A stretch of 63,772 nt of DNA, the filler included, from Lenisia limosa (lineage: Eukaryota > Protista > Breviatea), in assembly GCA_001655205.1 (NCBI GenBank). It is 17 parts of 17 records of this genome, joined end to end, with 100 filler letters (N's around TTAATTAATTAA, not from the genome) between each part and the next. Parts side by side here need not be neighbours in the genome. Positions count along the whole stretch, not along the records: positions 1 to 1,862 come from LPNZ01004880.1; positions 1,963 to 6,092 come from LPNZ01006824.1; positions 6,193 to 9,340 come from LPNZ01004043.1; positions 9,441 to 11,271 come from LPNZ01007374.1; 13 more parts are not named here. The stretch is one strand, 5' to 3'. The notes below the pieces were generated by a model that was not told the origin of the DNA, searched no databases, and saw only the letters and a program-made list of their open reading frames with translations. Within the stretch, counting starts at the first letter, position 1. Each line of letters opens with the position of its first letter. Below, in pieces: positions 1-11,371 of this stretch. The position numbers and the translations under genes were made by a program.

Positions 1-173
1 GCCCCCCCCCCCCTATTATAATAATCTGATTTTGAGTAGTTTTTTGGGCGCAATATTTGAGCTAAGTTCCTATGCTTTTCCGTTTTTTTTGTGTGTGAAA
101 TTGCAAGACAATGATAGAAATATACAACCCAACTGAAAAAACCTTGAAGTATCAACGCACCACTGACCTTCAG

Positions 174-1601
174 GTTGTCCAATCAGAGCCCTACAACAAC
201 AAGGCTGATATCTGGTCGTTAGGCTGTATTCTCTACCAACTTTGCTGCCTGAAACCTGCATTCACTGGTAATAACATGCTCATTGTGGGGAGGGAGGGGG
301 GGTATCCGCTATTATGTGATGGGGTGGATGGCTTCGGTCAGATACAACCTTGTTATATTTTGAGATTATTGACACTTCCGATTTTATAGAGATAATTGAT
401 TTATCGTTAGTTCTCTATTGTTCACGCTTTCAAAGACGATTTAATGGTCCTTTTGAATTTATCACATTAACACACAAGGTTGCAAAGAAGATTGTAGAAG
501 GCCACATCAAGCCCCTCCCCGAGATCATGCCCGACCTTGACCCGGAGTATTGGTGTGGCTGGTTCCGCCTATTTGCTTCGTTTTCAATGAGTGTTTTTTT
601 CTTCGTGTCATGTTATCTGTATTTGAAAACACAATTATAATATGACCACCTTTCCAAGTTAGTATCAACAAAAATTTGAATTATGACAACATGCCTGATT
701 ACAGCATGTATCATCATTATTATAATATGACCAGATTTTTCAGAATATTGACAATTATAATTATCAGTTTTTCATATGACCATGTTTTCAGGATATTGAC
801 ACTAATCATCAGTATATAATATAATCATTCTTTTCAATATATTGACATTACAGGGCTGTTATCCAGAAGTTACTGACAGTTGACCCCAAAGAAAGGCCTT
901 CAGCTAGTGAAGTGAGCTTTGATAATTGCAAATGCATAGGTCTCCTTGAAATTGTTTTTTAAAGGAATTAATTGAGAGTATTCGAATTAAAGTGTCTGAA
1001 ATGGAGTTTAAGGCACTACGTCGCACTTCCATTGATTGAATTATTTTTTCAATTAATTGCACGGGGCCTAGAAATGTAACTTTGGAGGTATAAAATACTG
1101 CATATTAGAACACCCCCTTCCCCTCCCTTGTTTTTTTGAGAATTTGAATGACATAAATGTATGAAGGAATCCCACCTTACGCTGGAGTGNNNNNNNNNNN
1201 NNNNNNNNNNNNNNNNNNNNNNNNNNNNNNNNNNNNNNNNNNNNNNNNNNNNNNNNNNNNNNNNNNNNNNNNNNNNNNNNNNNNNNNNNNNNNNNNNNNN
1301 NNNNNNNNNNNNNNNNNNNNNNNNNNNNNNNNNNNNNNNNNNNNNNNNNNNNNNNNNNNNNNNNNNNNNNNNNNNNNNNNNNNNNNNNNNNNNNNNNNNN
1401 NNNNNNNNNNNNNNNNNNNGAACTACTTATGGACCAACTGGACGGCTTACAGGTAGCGGGGGGTAAATAAGGACACACCATCATGCATAAGAGATATTTG
1501 GATTATTGTATAATACTAAGTCACCGAAATGCTCACCCCTGCCAGGAATCAGTGGTGGCTCTTACAGTGAAAAACAGCCAATTAGCACTGAACGCCCAGA
1601 A
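174..1601 (+). CDS. NEK/NIMA-type Ser/Thr kinase, C-lobe exons (5'-partial, multi-exon)
   Basis: Exons 174-284, 479-552, 854-911 splice GT-AG in frame to [81 protein letters not shown] (kinase subdomains IX-XI, NEK-like [13 protein letters not shown]). Downstream exons near 1420-1452 and 1521-1601 are less certain. Confidence 0.85.
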
Positions 1602-1862
1602 GTATGTTCATGGTGGTTGATATTTAAAGACCTATTTTATTCAATAAATAATTATTTAAAAAAGAATAGTTTTTTACCAAAATTAAAATTTGAGATAAAG
1701 TGTCTGAAATTGTGTTTTGCTTTGTCAAATCAAAGTCTGAAATTGTGTCTGAAATTGTGTCTGAAATTGTGTCTGAAATTGTGTTCTCGTTACAATATGT
1801 CACACTTCCAATTTTGAAATTAATTTCCCAATTTTATTATTGTACTCTATAAATTCACTCTT

Positions 1863-1962
1863 NNNNNNNNNNNNNNNNNNNNNNNNNNNNNNNNNNNNNN
1901 NNNNNNTTAATTAATTAANNNNNNNNNNNNNNNNNNNNNNNNNNNNNNNNNNNNNNNNNNNN
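1863..1962. other. Artificial contig-joining spacer N44-TTAATTAATTAA-N44 (first of 16)
   Basis: Identical 100-bp spacers at 1863, 6093, 9341, 11272, 19553, 20871, 25848, 29295, 36231, 41188, 47280, 49516, 51117, 53359, 60332, 62453; TTAATTAATTAA gives stops in all six frames; genes do not continue across them. Confidence 0.97.
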
Positions 1963-2044
1963 CCTTTAAATTCATTTATCTTTTCTTGTTCAACCTCCCC
2001 ACTCCTCAATTGATACTTTTTTTTTTGTTTCATCAAACCCCCAG

Positions 2045-5000
2045 GCCGGGCAGAATCGGCTCCATTTCCCTACCCCGTTGACGCCTTTCTCATCACAAAC
2101 GCCACCGTTGACCTCACCGTAACGGGGAGATACAAATAAGGGGTATATGTAGGTCTTCACCTCGTTCGAAAAAGAGTGAATTTCTCGATAAATCCTCGTA
2201 AAGCCCAACTTACATTGTTTCATAAATTTTCCAATTTTACCTTGACGCCAATATTCTTCATTTTACCCCCCCCCCCNNNNNNNNNNNNNNNNNNNNNNNN
2301 NNNNNNNNNNNNNNNNNNNNNNNNNNNNNNNNNNNNNNNNNNNNNNNNNNNNNNNNNNNNNNNNNNNNNNNNNNNNNNNNNNNNNNNNNNNNNNNNNNNN
2401 NNNNNNNNNNNNNNNNNNNNNNGTAATTATTATGGTCTTATAATTGATGGTATTATTACAACATGATATGTTTTTACTGGGGATACACGCATGAAATTTT
2501 CGTATCTGGAGTTATAATACTAAAAAGAACAATGTGTGTCTGAGCTTTAAGGCAAAATGTGAAAACAATTAAGCTATAATCCAAGAGATTTTTATATATT
2601 ACGTGATTTATTTTGGCCAATTGCTCCCCATTTTAACAATAACTCATATCTACGTAGCCAAGCGAAGTCACCTCAACTCCAAGTGGCTTTGTAGTCACCT
2701 GTACTCTGACTGACACTGCAGTGCATCGCCTCAGTAACCTTGCTGTTTGCAGGGATTTGTGAAGGACGTAACAATATTGCATCTAGAGAATCATTTGAAT
2801 TGTTAAGATCACATTTTATGAATAGCGATTTTTGTTTGATTACATTTTTTGGTAATTTAATATTATTTCTGCTACTCACGCGAAAGGTGCGCAGTCGTGG
2901 CGTATATAACGTGGTTGGCGTTCCGGCCTTACGCAATGTCCCCGAAATCGTTTCTGTCCCCACAGGTGGGGGGGGGGGGNNNNNNNNNNNNNNNNNNNNN
3001 NNNNNNNNNNNNNNNNNNNNNNNNNNNNNNNNNNNNNNNNNNNNNNNTGTTTTTAGAAAAAATGATAAGCATAATTTTCTTGTTTAATGTAGTTCTTTCT
3101 TCTGGTCCTTATTGTTTTTTCTTCTTGATTCTTTTTTTCTCTTACTGCTACCTTTTTTAACTTTGTAGCACTTTCTCTTGGAGCTTCTTTTGAGTTCACC
3201 ATTAACGAATCCGACCTACCCTCCGCACACCTCATGCTGTTCAATGTAAATGGGAATAATAAATTGTTCATGATGTTGAATGGGAGTTTGTGTTGTTATT
3301 CAATGTATTGGGGAAATAGTTTTGCTCTAAGTACATGGAAATAGTGTTAGTGATATCATATTCAATGTAGTAGATGGGAATAGTGTTGTTTAAATGTAAT
3401 ATATACGATATCAATATTCTATATCTCTAATTGGAATAATGTAAAGAGTTGACCCAGGTTTTTTTTTTTTACAAACTTCCCCTGTTTACTTCCCTCAGGG
3501 ACCCACACTTGTCCACACGCTCGTCACCACTTGCCTCAACGCAACATGTAAAGCCACCCTGCCCGCTGGTGGGTGCGCCGCCGAAGCTTGGAAAGCTAAA
3601 ATCTCCAATTCCGGCTTGGATATTGCGTCTCATATGAGCGCTGGCGCCACGGATGTTTACGCGGTACCGACTCCGGTGATGACGTGGCCTCTGGAGATTA
3701 TTGATGAGGTGGGTTTGGTTAGTATTTATATAATAGATATTCGAATGCACGTACTATATCAGTATATTTGACGACCATATATATGTATATTGATTCATAT
3801 CATGACCATATGTACATGTACAATTATGTATATTGATTCATATGATATGATATAGTTTATATGATATATTAGACTATTTTATTACTCACCTTCTGATTCT
3901 CCAGCATGATGCACCCACAACGGTGGTGGTCGAGGGTTCCTGCTTTGTCTCCTCTCTAAAATGTTGCTTCGACGGGGTGTGTGTTGACAGTGTCTTCCAT
4001 AATAGCGAAAAGGTATGCGGGGGTGGAGACGATAAGGGGGGTGATGATAAGAGTATTGGAGGGGGGTAGTAGTGAGTAAGGAAAACTACGGGTTATGGGA
4101 CAAATTAAGTAGATAAATATGCAGTAAAGCTTGTGATATCTTGTATTTCTGTTAAATTGCCTCTTTTGCCTTAAATCATTAAAATAGACCCAACACAATA
4201 GGTGTTCTAGAGATACATATATTATAAGATGGTTTTGACACTATGCGGCAGTTTTAGCTGGAAAGTGGAAGTGGACTTCGGGTGAGGGAGTGGGTTCTCG
4301 AGGTCCTCAGTAGGGCTTCATTCGTTCGAAAAAGACCGATAAACTATATCATGATATCGATATATAGTTTTTGTAGATTTTTCGATAAAAGCCTCAACCA
4401 GGTAAACTGCCCTCTTCCTCCTGCAATTTTCAACGAGGAAAGCTTCAGTGTCGCCTTGACTAATAACGAAGTGCTCTTCTCAAATACCTCTATTGTCACC
4501 GTGAGAGGGGGGTGGGGTATTTCATTGGATTGTAANNNNNNNNNNNNNNNNNNNNNNNNNNNNNNNNNNNNNNNNNNNNNNNNNNNNNNNNNNNGCAGGG
4601 CTTCCCTACGGTCAGAAAAAGAGCAGTAAAATCGACATTTTATCGAGGATTTATCGGGACATTCTTTTTTTGGGACAGAAGCGCTAGTTATGAGAGGACA
4701 TCGAAGACGTTGTTTAGTTATTTTTACGAACACTTACCTCTTTAGGTCATCCCACTGCGGCACATTTCAATCCTCCGTGCCCCCACTATCTCTTATGTCA
4801 CTACTGCTCTGACGCCAACTCTTGAAATTCAGGTGGGGTTGACTTGGTGTATTAGCTTGTCTCGTTTTTTTATTTTCCTTTTTATTTTCTTTTCTTTTTT
4901 TTTTTTTTTTTTNNNNNNNNNNNNNNNNNNNNNNNNNNNNNNNNNNNNNNNNNNNNNNNNNNNNNNNNNNNNNNNNNNNNNNNNNNNTATACTGTATCAT

Positions 5001-6069
5001 ATAGTATATTAATTGATATTTTATTTGTTTTCGGTGGTCGAGCGAATTAGATATAATAGGCTTTTTTTGAAGATTCAAACACAATCTACTCGCATGATTC
5101 TTCCTATCAGCTGAATTTGGGGGGCAAACATAATGCTAAAACAAGAGAGACAAATAATCATAATAAAGACAACATATTCAACAAGATGTACAAGTATTAA
5201 TTCCACTAAAGCTTCCTTCTCTAATCGAACGTTGTCAATGTATTAGTGTTTTTCGGATGAAGATGTCGGAATCCTTGTAGTACTGTCACTGTCAACACAC
5301 TTTGGAGAGTGGAGCTTGTAATTATCGCAATATTAAGAAGAATGAATGCAAAAACTGGTCTGTGCTCACTGGCTTTCGGCGGTGGTCGACAACTGGACAT
5401 GGTTGCCAGTACATTCAGTGCAGTTGTTGCAAGAATCTAGGAAGTCGATGCTCAGCAGGCCGTGCCAGTGCACAGCAAAGCAGCCCTAAAGGCTATTACA
5501 GAGATATCAGCCTTATTTTGTTTCAATGTGTTTTAAATTTAAAGCACATTCCTCTGAAATGCCTTTTTCACTGTATAAGCATTGCCACCAAAGCTGATTA
5601 GTTCGTACCTTGCACTGAACTAATAGAGACCATAAATCGCCTAAAACGGTCAGATCTTGGCCCAATGATGAAAACCAACTCGAAAGATACTCCCAACCCA
5701 TTCTCCCCAGCACCCAGCTGGCCATACCTTCAGAAAAAAGCAAATTGGAGGGGAAGCCTGTCAAACTTAACTCCACTGAAGAACTGTTCATTCCGCGATT
5801 GGGGGTGATGATAGAAGAATGATAGAATATCGAGTGTACCATGTGTGCCCCCTGAACAACGCTATGACCTCACCTCACCCCCCACAACTCAGAAATACCG
5901 CTTCCCCCATATTAATATATGTAACATACACAATAACCCCGCAGTTACGCTACGACGATGGAACAGCCCACCCCGAGGAGGGAGTCACAGTGGAGGTCAC
6001 TACCACTGACGTGTCCGTTTTGGCTCTGACCGGGACTATCGGCGTGACTGACGCGGCCGGCCGGACCAG
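2045..6069 (+). CDS. IPT/TIG and Ig-like fold protein, probably extracellular (partial, more than 10 exons)
   Basis: Exons give HDAPTTVVVEGSCFVSSLKCCFDGVCVDSVFHNSEK-VNCPLPPAIFNEESFSVALTNNEVLFS (IPT/TIG pattern V.G..F....C.F....v.C..P) and LRYDDGTAHPEEGVTVEVTTTDVSVLALTGTIGVTDAAGRT (Big_1-like). May be more than one gene. Confidence 0.6.
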
Positions 6070-6197
6070 GTGGGTGCTGTAATGTACTATATNNNNNNNN
6101 NNNNNNNNNNNNNNNNNNNNNNNNNNNNNNNNNNNNTTAATTAATTAANNNNNNNNNNNNNNNNNNNNNNNNNNNNNNNNNNNNNNNNNNNNGGAAC

Positions 6198-8017
6198 TCA
6201 ATGCCTCTCTGAAACGTATAACTGTCTTAACATCTCTTCCCACCTTTGCCTCTTGTCCCTTTCTCTCCCCCTCCCCATAATCCCCACCTTTTCCTCAACA
6301 TCAAGAGCGGAGGAAAACTCCCTGGACTTGTCCAATGCGGACTCCAAATCATTCTTCAGTCTTCGTGATTCTTGGCCTAGAGGGGTAATCTTCAGTCTTC
6401 GTGATTCTTGGCCTAGAGGGGTAATCTTCAGTCTTCGTGATCCTTGGCCTAGGGGGGTAACATTTGTGGCGAACCAGGACAAGAAACATGACACGGGGAA
6501 AAAAAATTAGAGGTTCCCCCGATGTATACGTCTCCCAAGATTGCCTTTCATATTAGGGACCGGATTTTACGTAAATTTAGAATTTTAAGTTTTTAAGTAC
6601 CTACTCAGGAGGATACTTGAAAATTCGTAAATCTACGTAATTTGAGAACCCGAACAGCCCCTAAACAAATCTACGCATACTGTGCGCGTAACGCTCACGG
6701 GCATACTGACGTTCCTCATCAGAAATTTCCACTCCTACAAACGTGATTCATGAGTGTGATTCAAGAATTAGTAGGATTTATTCATAAACTACTCATACAT
6801 CGAAATGATACCTGTTTTCCTTGGGAAATCATTGAAAAAATCGATCAAGACTTATCCCGATATAAAACCGAAATCTCATCCTCAAAACACCATGAGTATT
6901 AATGAATACTCAATAAATCCTCGATAAATCCTCGATAAATCCTCGATAAATCCTCTTAAATATCATAGCACCCATCAACATTATGTCCCCATAACGCCAA
7001 TGACATGTTATCAACCCGCCGCCCACCACCACCACCAAACCATTCCAGTGCTAAAACTAGGGCTTCACTTCGGTTCCAAAAAACCGGGGAAATATCGGTA
7101 GTTTTCGGAAAAATGCCGTCTTTTTTCAAACCGAAGTGCCTAGCTAAAACCACCCATCCTCCCCTGCCCACCATCAAGATACTCCAGCGTTGGAAGCAAG
7201 TACACGACATAGGATCGGTAGGCTGGGAGGGTTGCAATTGGGTTGCCGAATAGGGCCAGCGTTGTAAGGGCCGAAAGAGCCGTAAGCGCATCTAATGTCT
7301 TGAACTGGGGGGGGGGGGGNNNNNNNNNNNNNNNNNNNNNNNNNNNNNNNNNNNNNNNNNNNNNNNNNNNNNNNNNNNNNNNNNNNNNNNNNNNNNNNNN
7401 NNNNNNNNNNNNNNNNNNNNNNNNNNNNNNNNNNNNNNNNNNNNNNNNNNNNNNNNNNNNNNNNNNNNNNNNNNNNNNCCAAAAAAAAACTATATATGAA
7501 GGAATAAATGACACTAAATGACATGGTGAATTGATAAATATGGAAACGCATAGTCCTCCTCTTACGGAATCAATCAGATTGTTCCTGAGATCAAGATCTG
7601 TAAGGCGTTGGAGACGTGCGAAGCTGGCTCGGCTGAGAATGCAAATCTTGTTACTCCTAAACAGTAAGGCTCGGAACACTCATAGAAAATGCCAAGAAAA
7701 TGTGCTAATGGTAATAAAGAATATATGGATGAAATCAGACATCATTGTAAGCAGAATCATTCCATCCTTTCAATAATTCCATATGAACCGCCCCCACCCC
7801 AAGTCAAGCCGCACGAGTTTGACCAAACTCTCAATTCCTGTCAACTTCACGAGGCAGTTCTGCGATAAATCTGAAGAAATAAGCGATGAAGAGGAAGCTC
7901 TCAGACAAGTTTCAAAAGCAAGATCAAAAGAAAGAAAATAACAATGATCAAATAAAAAAGACGTATACGGTGACGGTTTGCTTCATCAGGATAGATTTCA
8001 TCTTCAATACCACCCAT
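6198..8017 (-). CDS. SDS22-like leucine-rich repeat protein with LRRcap and coiled-coil tail (3'-partial)
   Basis: Minus-strand exons: LSQNCLVKLTGIESLVKLVRLDLG-SNKICILSRASFARLQRLTDLDLRNNLIDS-FKTLDALTALSALTTLALFGNPIATLPAYRSYVVYLLPTLEYLD-GVEISDEERQYARERY; YR..V...LP.L..LD is the LRRcap motif. Start codon uncertain. Confidence 0.85.
6354..6461 (-). repeat. 36-bp tandem repeat x3 in a probable exon of the LRR gene (RRLKITPLGQES)
   Basis: Unit CTTCAGTCTTCGTGATTCTTGGCCTAGAGGGGTAAT at 6354, 6390, 6426; frame-preserving in ORF 6198-6494. Confidence 0.9.
7058..7142. mobile_element. Family A hAT-type MITE with 8-bp TSD GCTAAAAC
   Basis: TIR TAGGGCTTCACTTCGGTT...AACCGAAGTG(--)CCTA; TSD at 7050-7057 and 7143-7150; inside an LRR-gene intron. 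Confidence 0.85.
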
Positions 8018-8137
8018 ATCTTTGTCCAATGGCTATGCCGGTGAAAATGTATATATAATATAGCAATGTTGTATCTGCGGGAGTTGTAAAGTAATATATT
8101 GAGTGAAATTGCAGTTAAATAAATATGATGGTGTAAT

Positions 8138-8274
8138 GGTGTGATGTTTGATGGTATGCCTGCTCCAACATTTTTTAAAAAATTGACTGTGTGATGGTGT
8201 GATGGTATGCCGGCCCCAACCTTTTTTAAAAAATTGACTGTGTGATGGTGTGATGGTATGCCGGCCCCAACCTT
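8138..8274. repeat. 51-bp tandem repeat (about 2.7 copies) between divergent genes
   Basis: GATGGTATGCC recurs at 8150, 8201, 8252 with intervening CCAACC(T)6(A)6TTGACTGTGT. Confidence 0.9.
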
Positions 8275-8283
8275 GTAAATATA

Positions 8284-9174
8284 ATGTTGCCTCTCCAACC
8301 CTCAAAAAAGGCGGGAACCTTCTCCCCTCCTACCAAGGGAAATGAGGGTGCTCAGGGTAGCAATCCCCTTCAAAGAGACAAGCTCATGGCGACACAAGCT
8401 CAGATCTTGGATTGCAGACAGCGTGTTAAGATTCTCAAGGTGCTACACTTCATAAGAGCCAACAAGATCATACCTGGAACTTTCCGTTGCCTTTTCGATG
8501 CGAAAGATCGAGAGCAGTGGCCGAGCTTGCGGGAGTGCCTTTTAGAGCAAGTCTCAAGACCTCTCGCGTTAAGTATGCGCGAGAAGGCGCTCTTGGCATT
8601 ACTAAAGTCTAAGACACAGAGACTCAAAACATCACTTAATGCACATTCTTTAATGTTACAATGCTTATACCTCGTTATTCATATTTATTTAGGGCAAACG
8701 AACCGTTTTTGACTGCCAAAATTCTATTTATATTCACTGGTCCAACATTTTTATTAGCCATGCAAGATAGAAATGAATTTACACCAGACACAGCAGACTA
8801 CGTTGGTGGACTTTGGTGCGCTAGGGATAGGTAGATGGGTATCATTGGAGAAGAATCCGCAACTCCAATCAACTTTGTTATTCCGTTCCTCTCCTCTTGA
8901 AGTTGTACGTTCTTCGTTGAAAAACGGGAATACAATGTTACCACGGCTCCTATGTTTCGTGTAAGAGGCGAAATAAGCAAGCATGTATCATGTCATATGA
9001 AGAACTTCTTGGTGAAGATAGTGAAGTGGACTCCTCATATAATTTAAATCCTTTACTCAACCGAGTTGAATTAATTTGTTTAGCTTCGTAACCCTTGTTG
9101 CCGTTGTCTCGGGTGTTATCCAAACCAGACAGGGATCTGTGGTAGTGACACAGCCGCTGAAGGCAGGGGGATGG
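8284..9174 (+). CDS. Hypothetical protein (exon structure unresolved)
   Basis: 142-aa ORF at 8284 and further open segments at 8985-9174; no recognised domain. Confidence 0.3.
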
Positions 9175-9222
9175 GGTACTATGTATGTTGTTTTCACTGG
9201 ATTGTATCATCTGTACTATATA

Positions 9223-9330
9223 ACAGAGTTGTAAGGCAAATGATTGGGTGAATTACTATTATATCTTATAATCGTGATGGTGTGGACAGCTTCGGCCAGA
9301 TACAACCTTATTTTTTCTTTATCATTGCTA
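9223..9330 (+). mobile_element. Family B dispersed repeat (about 110-130 bp, no TIR, UUCG hairpin)
   Basis: ACAGAGTTGTAAGGCAAATGATTGGGTGAA...GTGATGGTGTGGACGGCTTCGGCCAGATACAACCTT...CTCATTGCTA; other copies near 315, 10747(-), 21164(-), 27402, 40125, 42705, 45283, 47208, 48770, 53210(-), 63585(-). Confidence 0.85.
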
Positions 9331-9440
9331 TATGTATGTANNNNNNNNNNNNNNNNNNNNNNNNNNNNNNNNNNNNNNNNNNNNTTAATTAATTAANNNN
9401 NNNNNNNNNNNNNNNNNNNNNNNNNNNNNNNNNNNNNNNN

Positions 9441-10724
9441 TCATCCCTGCAGTGACCAGCCAGCTAGTCTCGACCGAGGTTCCGTATTCGGTGGGGGTGG
9501 GGGGTGGACAATACTCTGGATAGGGCTTCCCTTTGGTCCCAAAAATGGTTTACTTCTCGATAAATATCGATATTTTACCAGTATTTTTCGGACCGTAGGA
9601 AATCCCTAACTGTGCGGGGAGGGTATTGTTTTAGGCGGATTGCTCTAAGACGATGCATTATTCAGTTTAGGAGAGTATTACCTAGATCAAATACTGAACT
9701 TCCTTGATTTGCTCTCATTATTTCAGGCTCACCTTCTACCCCGTGTATGAGGATGGAAGAGACTTGGGCGTTTGATACCGCAACCCCTGCTAATTTCTCA
9801 TTCCTTTACCTCAATGCTATAATATCGTTCACCCTTTGCAGTTTTGTCGCGACTGCCTAAAGACGTCGAAGATAACGTACGCCACGAGTTGAGCAAAAAG
9901 GTGAAGGGTGCTTATATGATGCGATAGTTTAAAAAAAAAAAAAAGAGGGTTGAGCAAANNNNNNNNNNNNNNNNNNNNNNNNNNNNNNNNNNNNNNNNNN
10001 NNNNNNNNNNNNNNNNNNNNNNNNNNNNNNNNNNNNNNNNNNNNNNNNNNNNNNNNNTTGTTCTTCTCTTTTCATTTGACTGTTGTGACTCCCTCCCCCT
10101 CATTTCTTCATTTTATTCTTCATTCACATTTTCCAATTTTATTCTCTCTTCCAATTTGCCTCTATACGCCTGTTCACCCCCACCCCAATTTGTTACTGCT
10201 TTTTATTTTTTGTTGTTTGTTTTGTTTGTTTGGAGTTTTCGATTGTTTGGTTCGTGATTAGCACATTTACGCCAATATTCTTCGAAATTTCCTTCGTTTT
10301 TCTCCTCACCCCCAGGATATTGTGCTTTCCACCATCAAAACCGTGCCGGTGGGCTGGGTGAGTGCTATGGGCGGCATCGTCACGGCCCGGGCGGTCAAGT
10401 ACGTCTCCACGCGGCCGTCTGAGCTCGATATCGATGAGTGGTGGCGGGANNNNNNNNNNNNNNNNNNNNNNNNNNNNNNNNNNNNNNNNNNNNNNNNNNN
10501 NNNNNNNNNNNNNNNNNNNNNNNNNNNNNNNAAATTTATGAAACAAAAAAAAGCCCCAGGGGTGGGGGGGGAGGTAAAAAGTCTTAAATATTCTTTAGGA
10601 GGTGTGGATTGACGTTTTCAACCCCCTTAATTTCCACAGGTCCGAGCGGAGGTCAGGTCACACGCAGAGCACCTGAACTGCAATCACATCATAGGCTACA
10701 GGGAAGAGCTTTCCGCTTTTGAAG
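9441..10724 (+). CDS. C2CD5: C2CD5 (KIAA0528)-like protein, internal exons
   Basis: DIVLSTIKTVPVGWVSAMGGIVTARAVKYVSTRPSELDIDEWWR (from 10316) and VRAEVRSHAEHLNCNHIIGYREELSAFE (10640-10724) match the recalled C2CD5 segment GGVVSARSVK...DAWW.EIRQEIKSHAKALGCHAVVGYSE. Confidence 0.8.
10195..10315 (+). mobile_element. Family D repeat forming the intron 3' end
   Basis: GGAGTTTTCGATTGTTTGGTTCGTGATTAGCACATTTACGCCAATATTCTTCGAAATTTCCTTCG...CCCCCAG ends at the acceptor; homologous copies at 18460-18586, 30130-30190(-), 47460-47593, 51501-51610(-), fragment at 2240. Confidence 0.85.
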
Positions 10725-11371
10725 GTTAGTGTCATTAATACAGTATTATAGCAATGAGAAATACAAAACAAGGTCGTATCTGGCCGAAGCCGTCCACACC
10801 ATCATAGTTATATTGGCTTCTTTTGAGGAGGTACAGCTTTTTCTCGCAAGGTATTTGCTAGCTTCCCTTTGGTGAGGATTTATCGAGAAATTCAGTCTTT
10901 TTTGGGACAGTAGGGAAGCCCTTGTCACTCTTTGTTCAGAATTTTGCATTTTCTTTGGAGACATGAGGTCTCAATTATCAGGAAATGTTACCTCTAGGTT
11001 TCTTATTTTAATGACTCATTAGGGCTCCACTTCGCTTCGGAAAATTTGGTAAAATCTCGATAGTTTTCGAGTATTTATTGAGTAATTCAGTCATTTTTTT
11101 AAAACCAAAGTGAAGCTCTTGATCCCATACTCAATTAGTTTCATAATGCACGGAATAGTTATTTTTTAATGTAGAGAATGTGACTTCTCTAGTTCAAAAA
11201 AAAAATTATGACATCAACCTTCGTGTGCTTTCAGCCAGCAGAGTCGATTGGGGGTTTTTTTTGTTTCCTATNNNNNNNNNNNNNNNNNNNNNNNNNNNNN
11301 NNNNNNNNNNNNNNNTTAATTAATTAANNNNNNNNNNNNNNNNNNNNNNNNNNNNNNNNNNNNNNNNNNNN

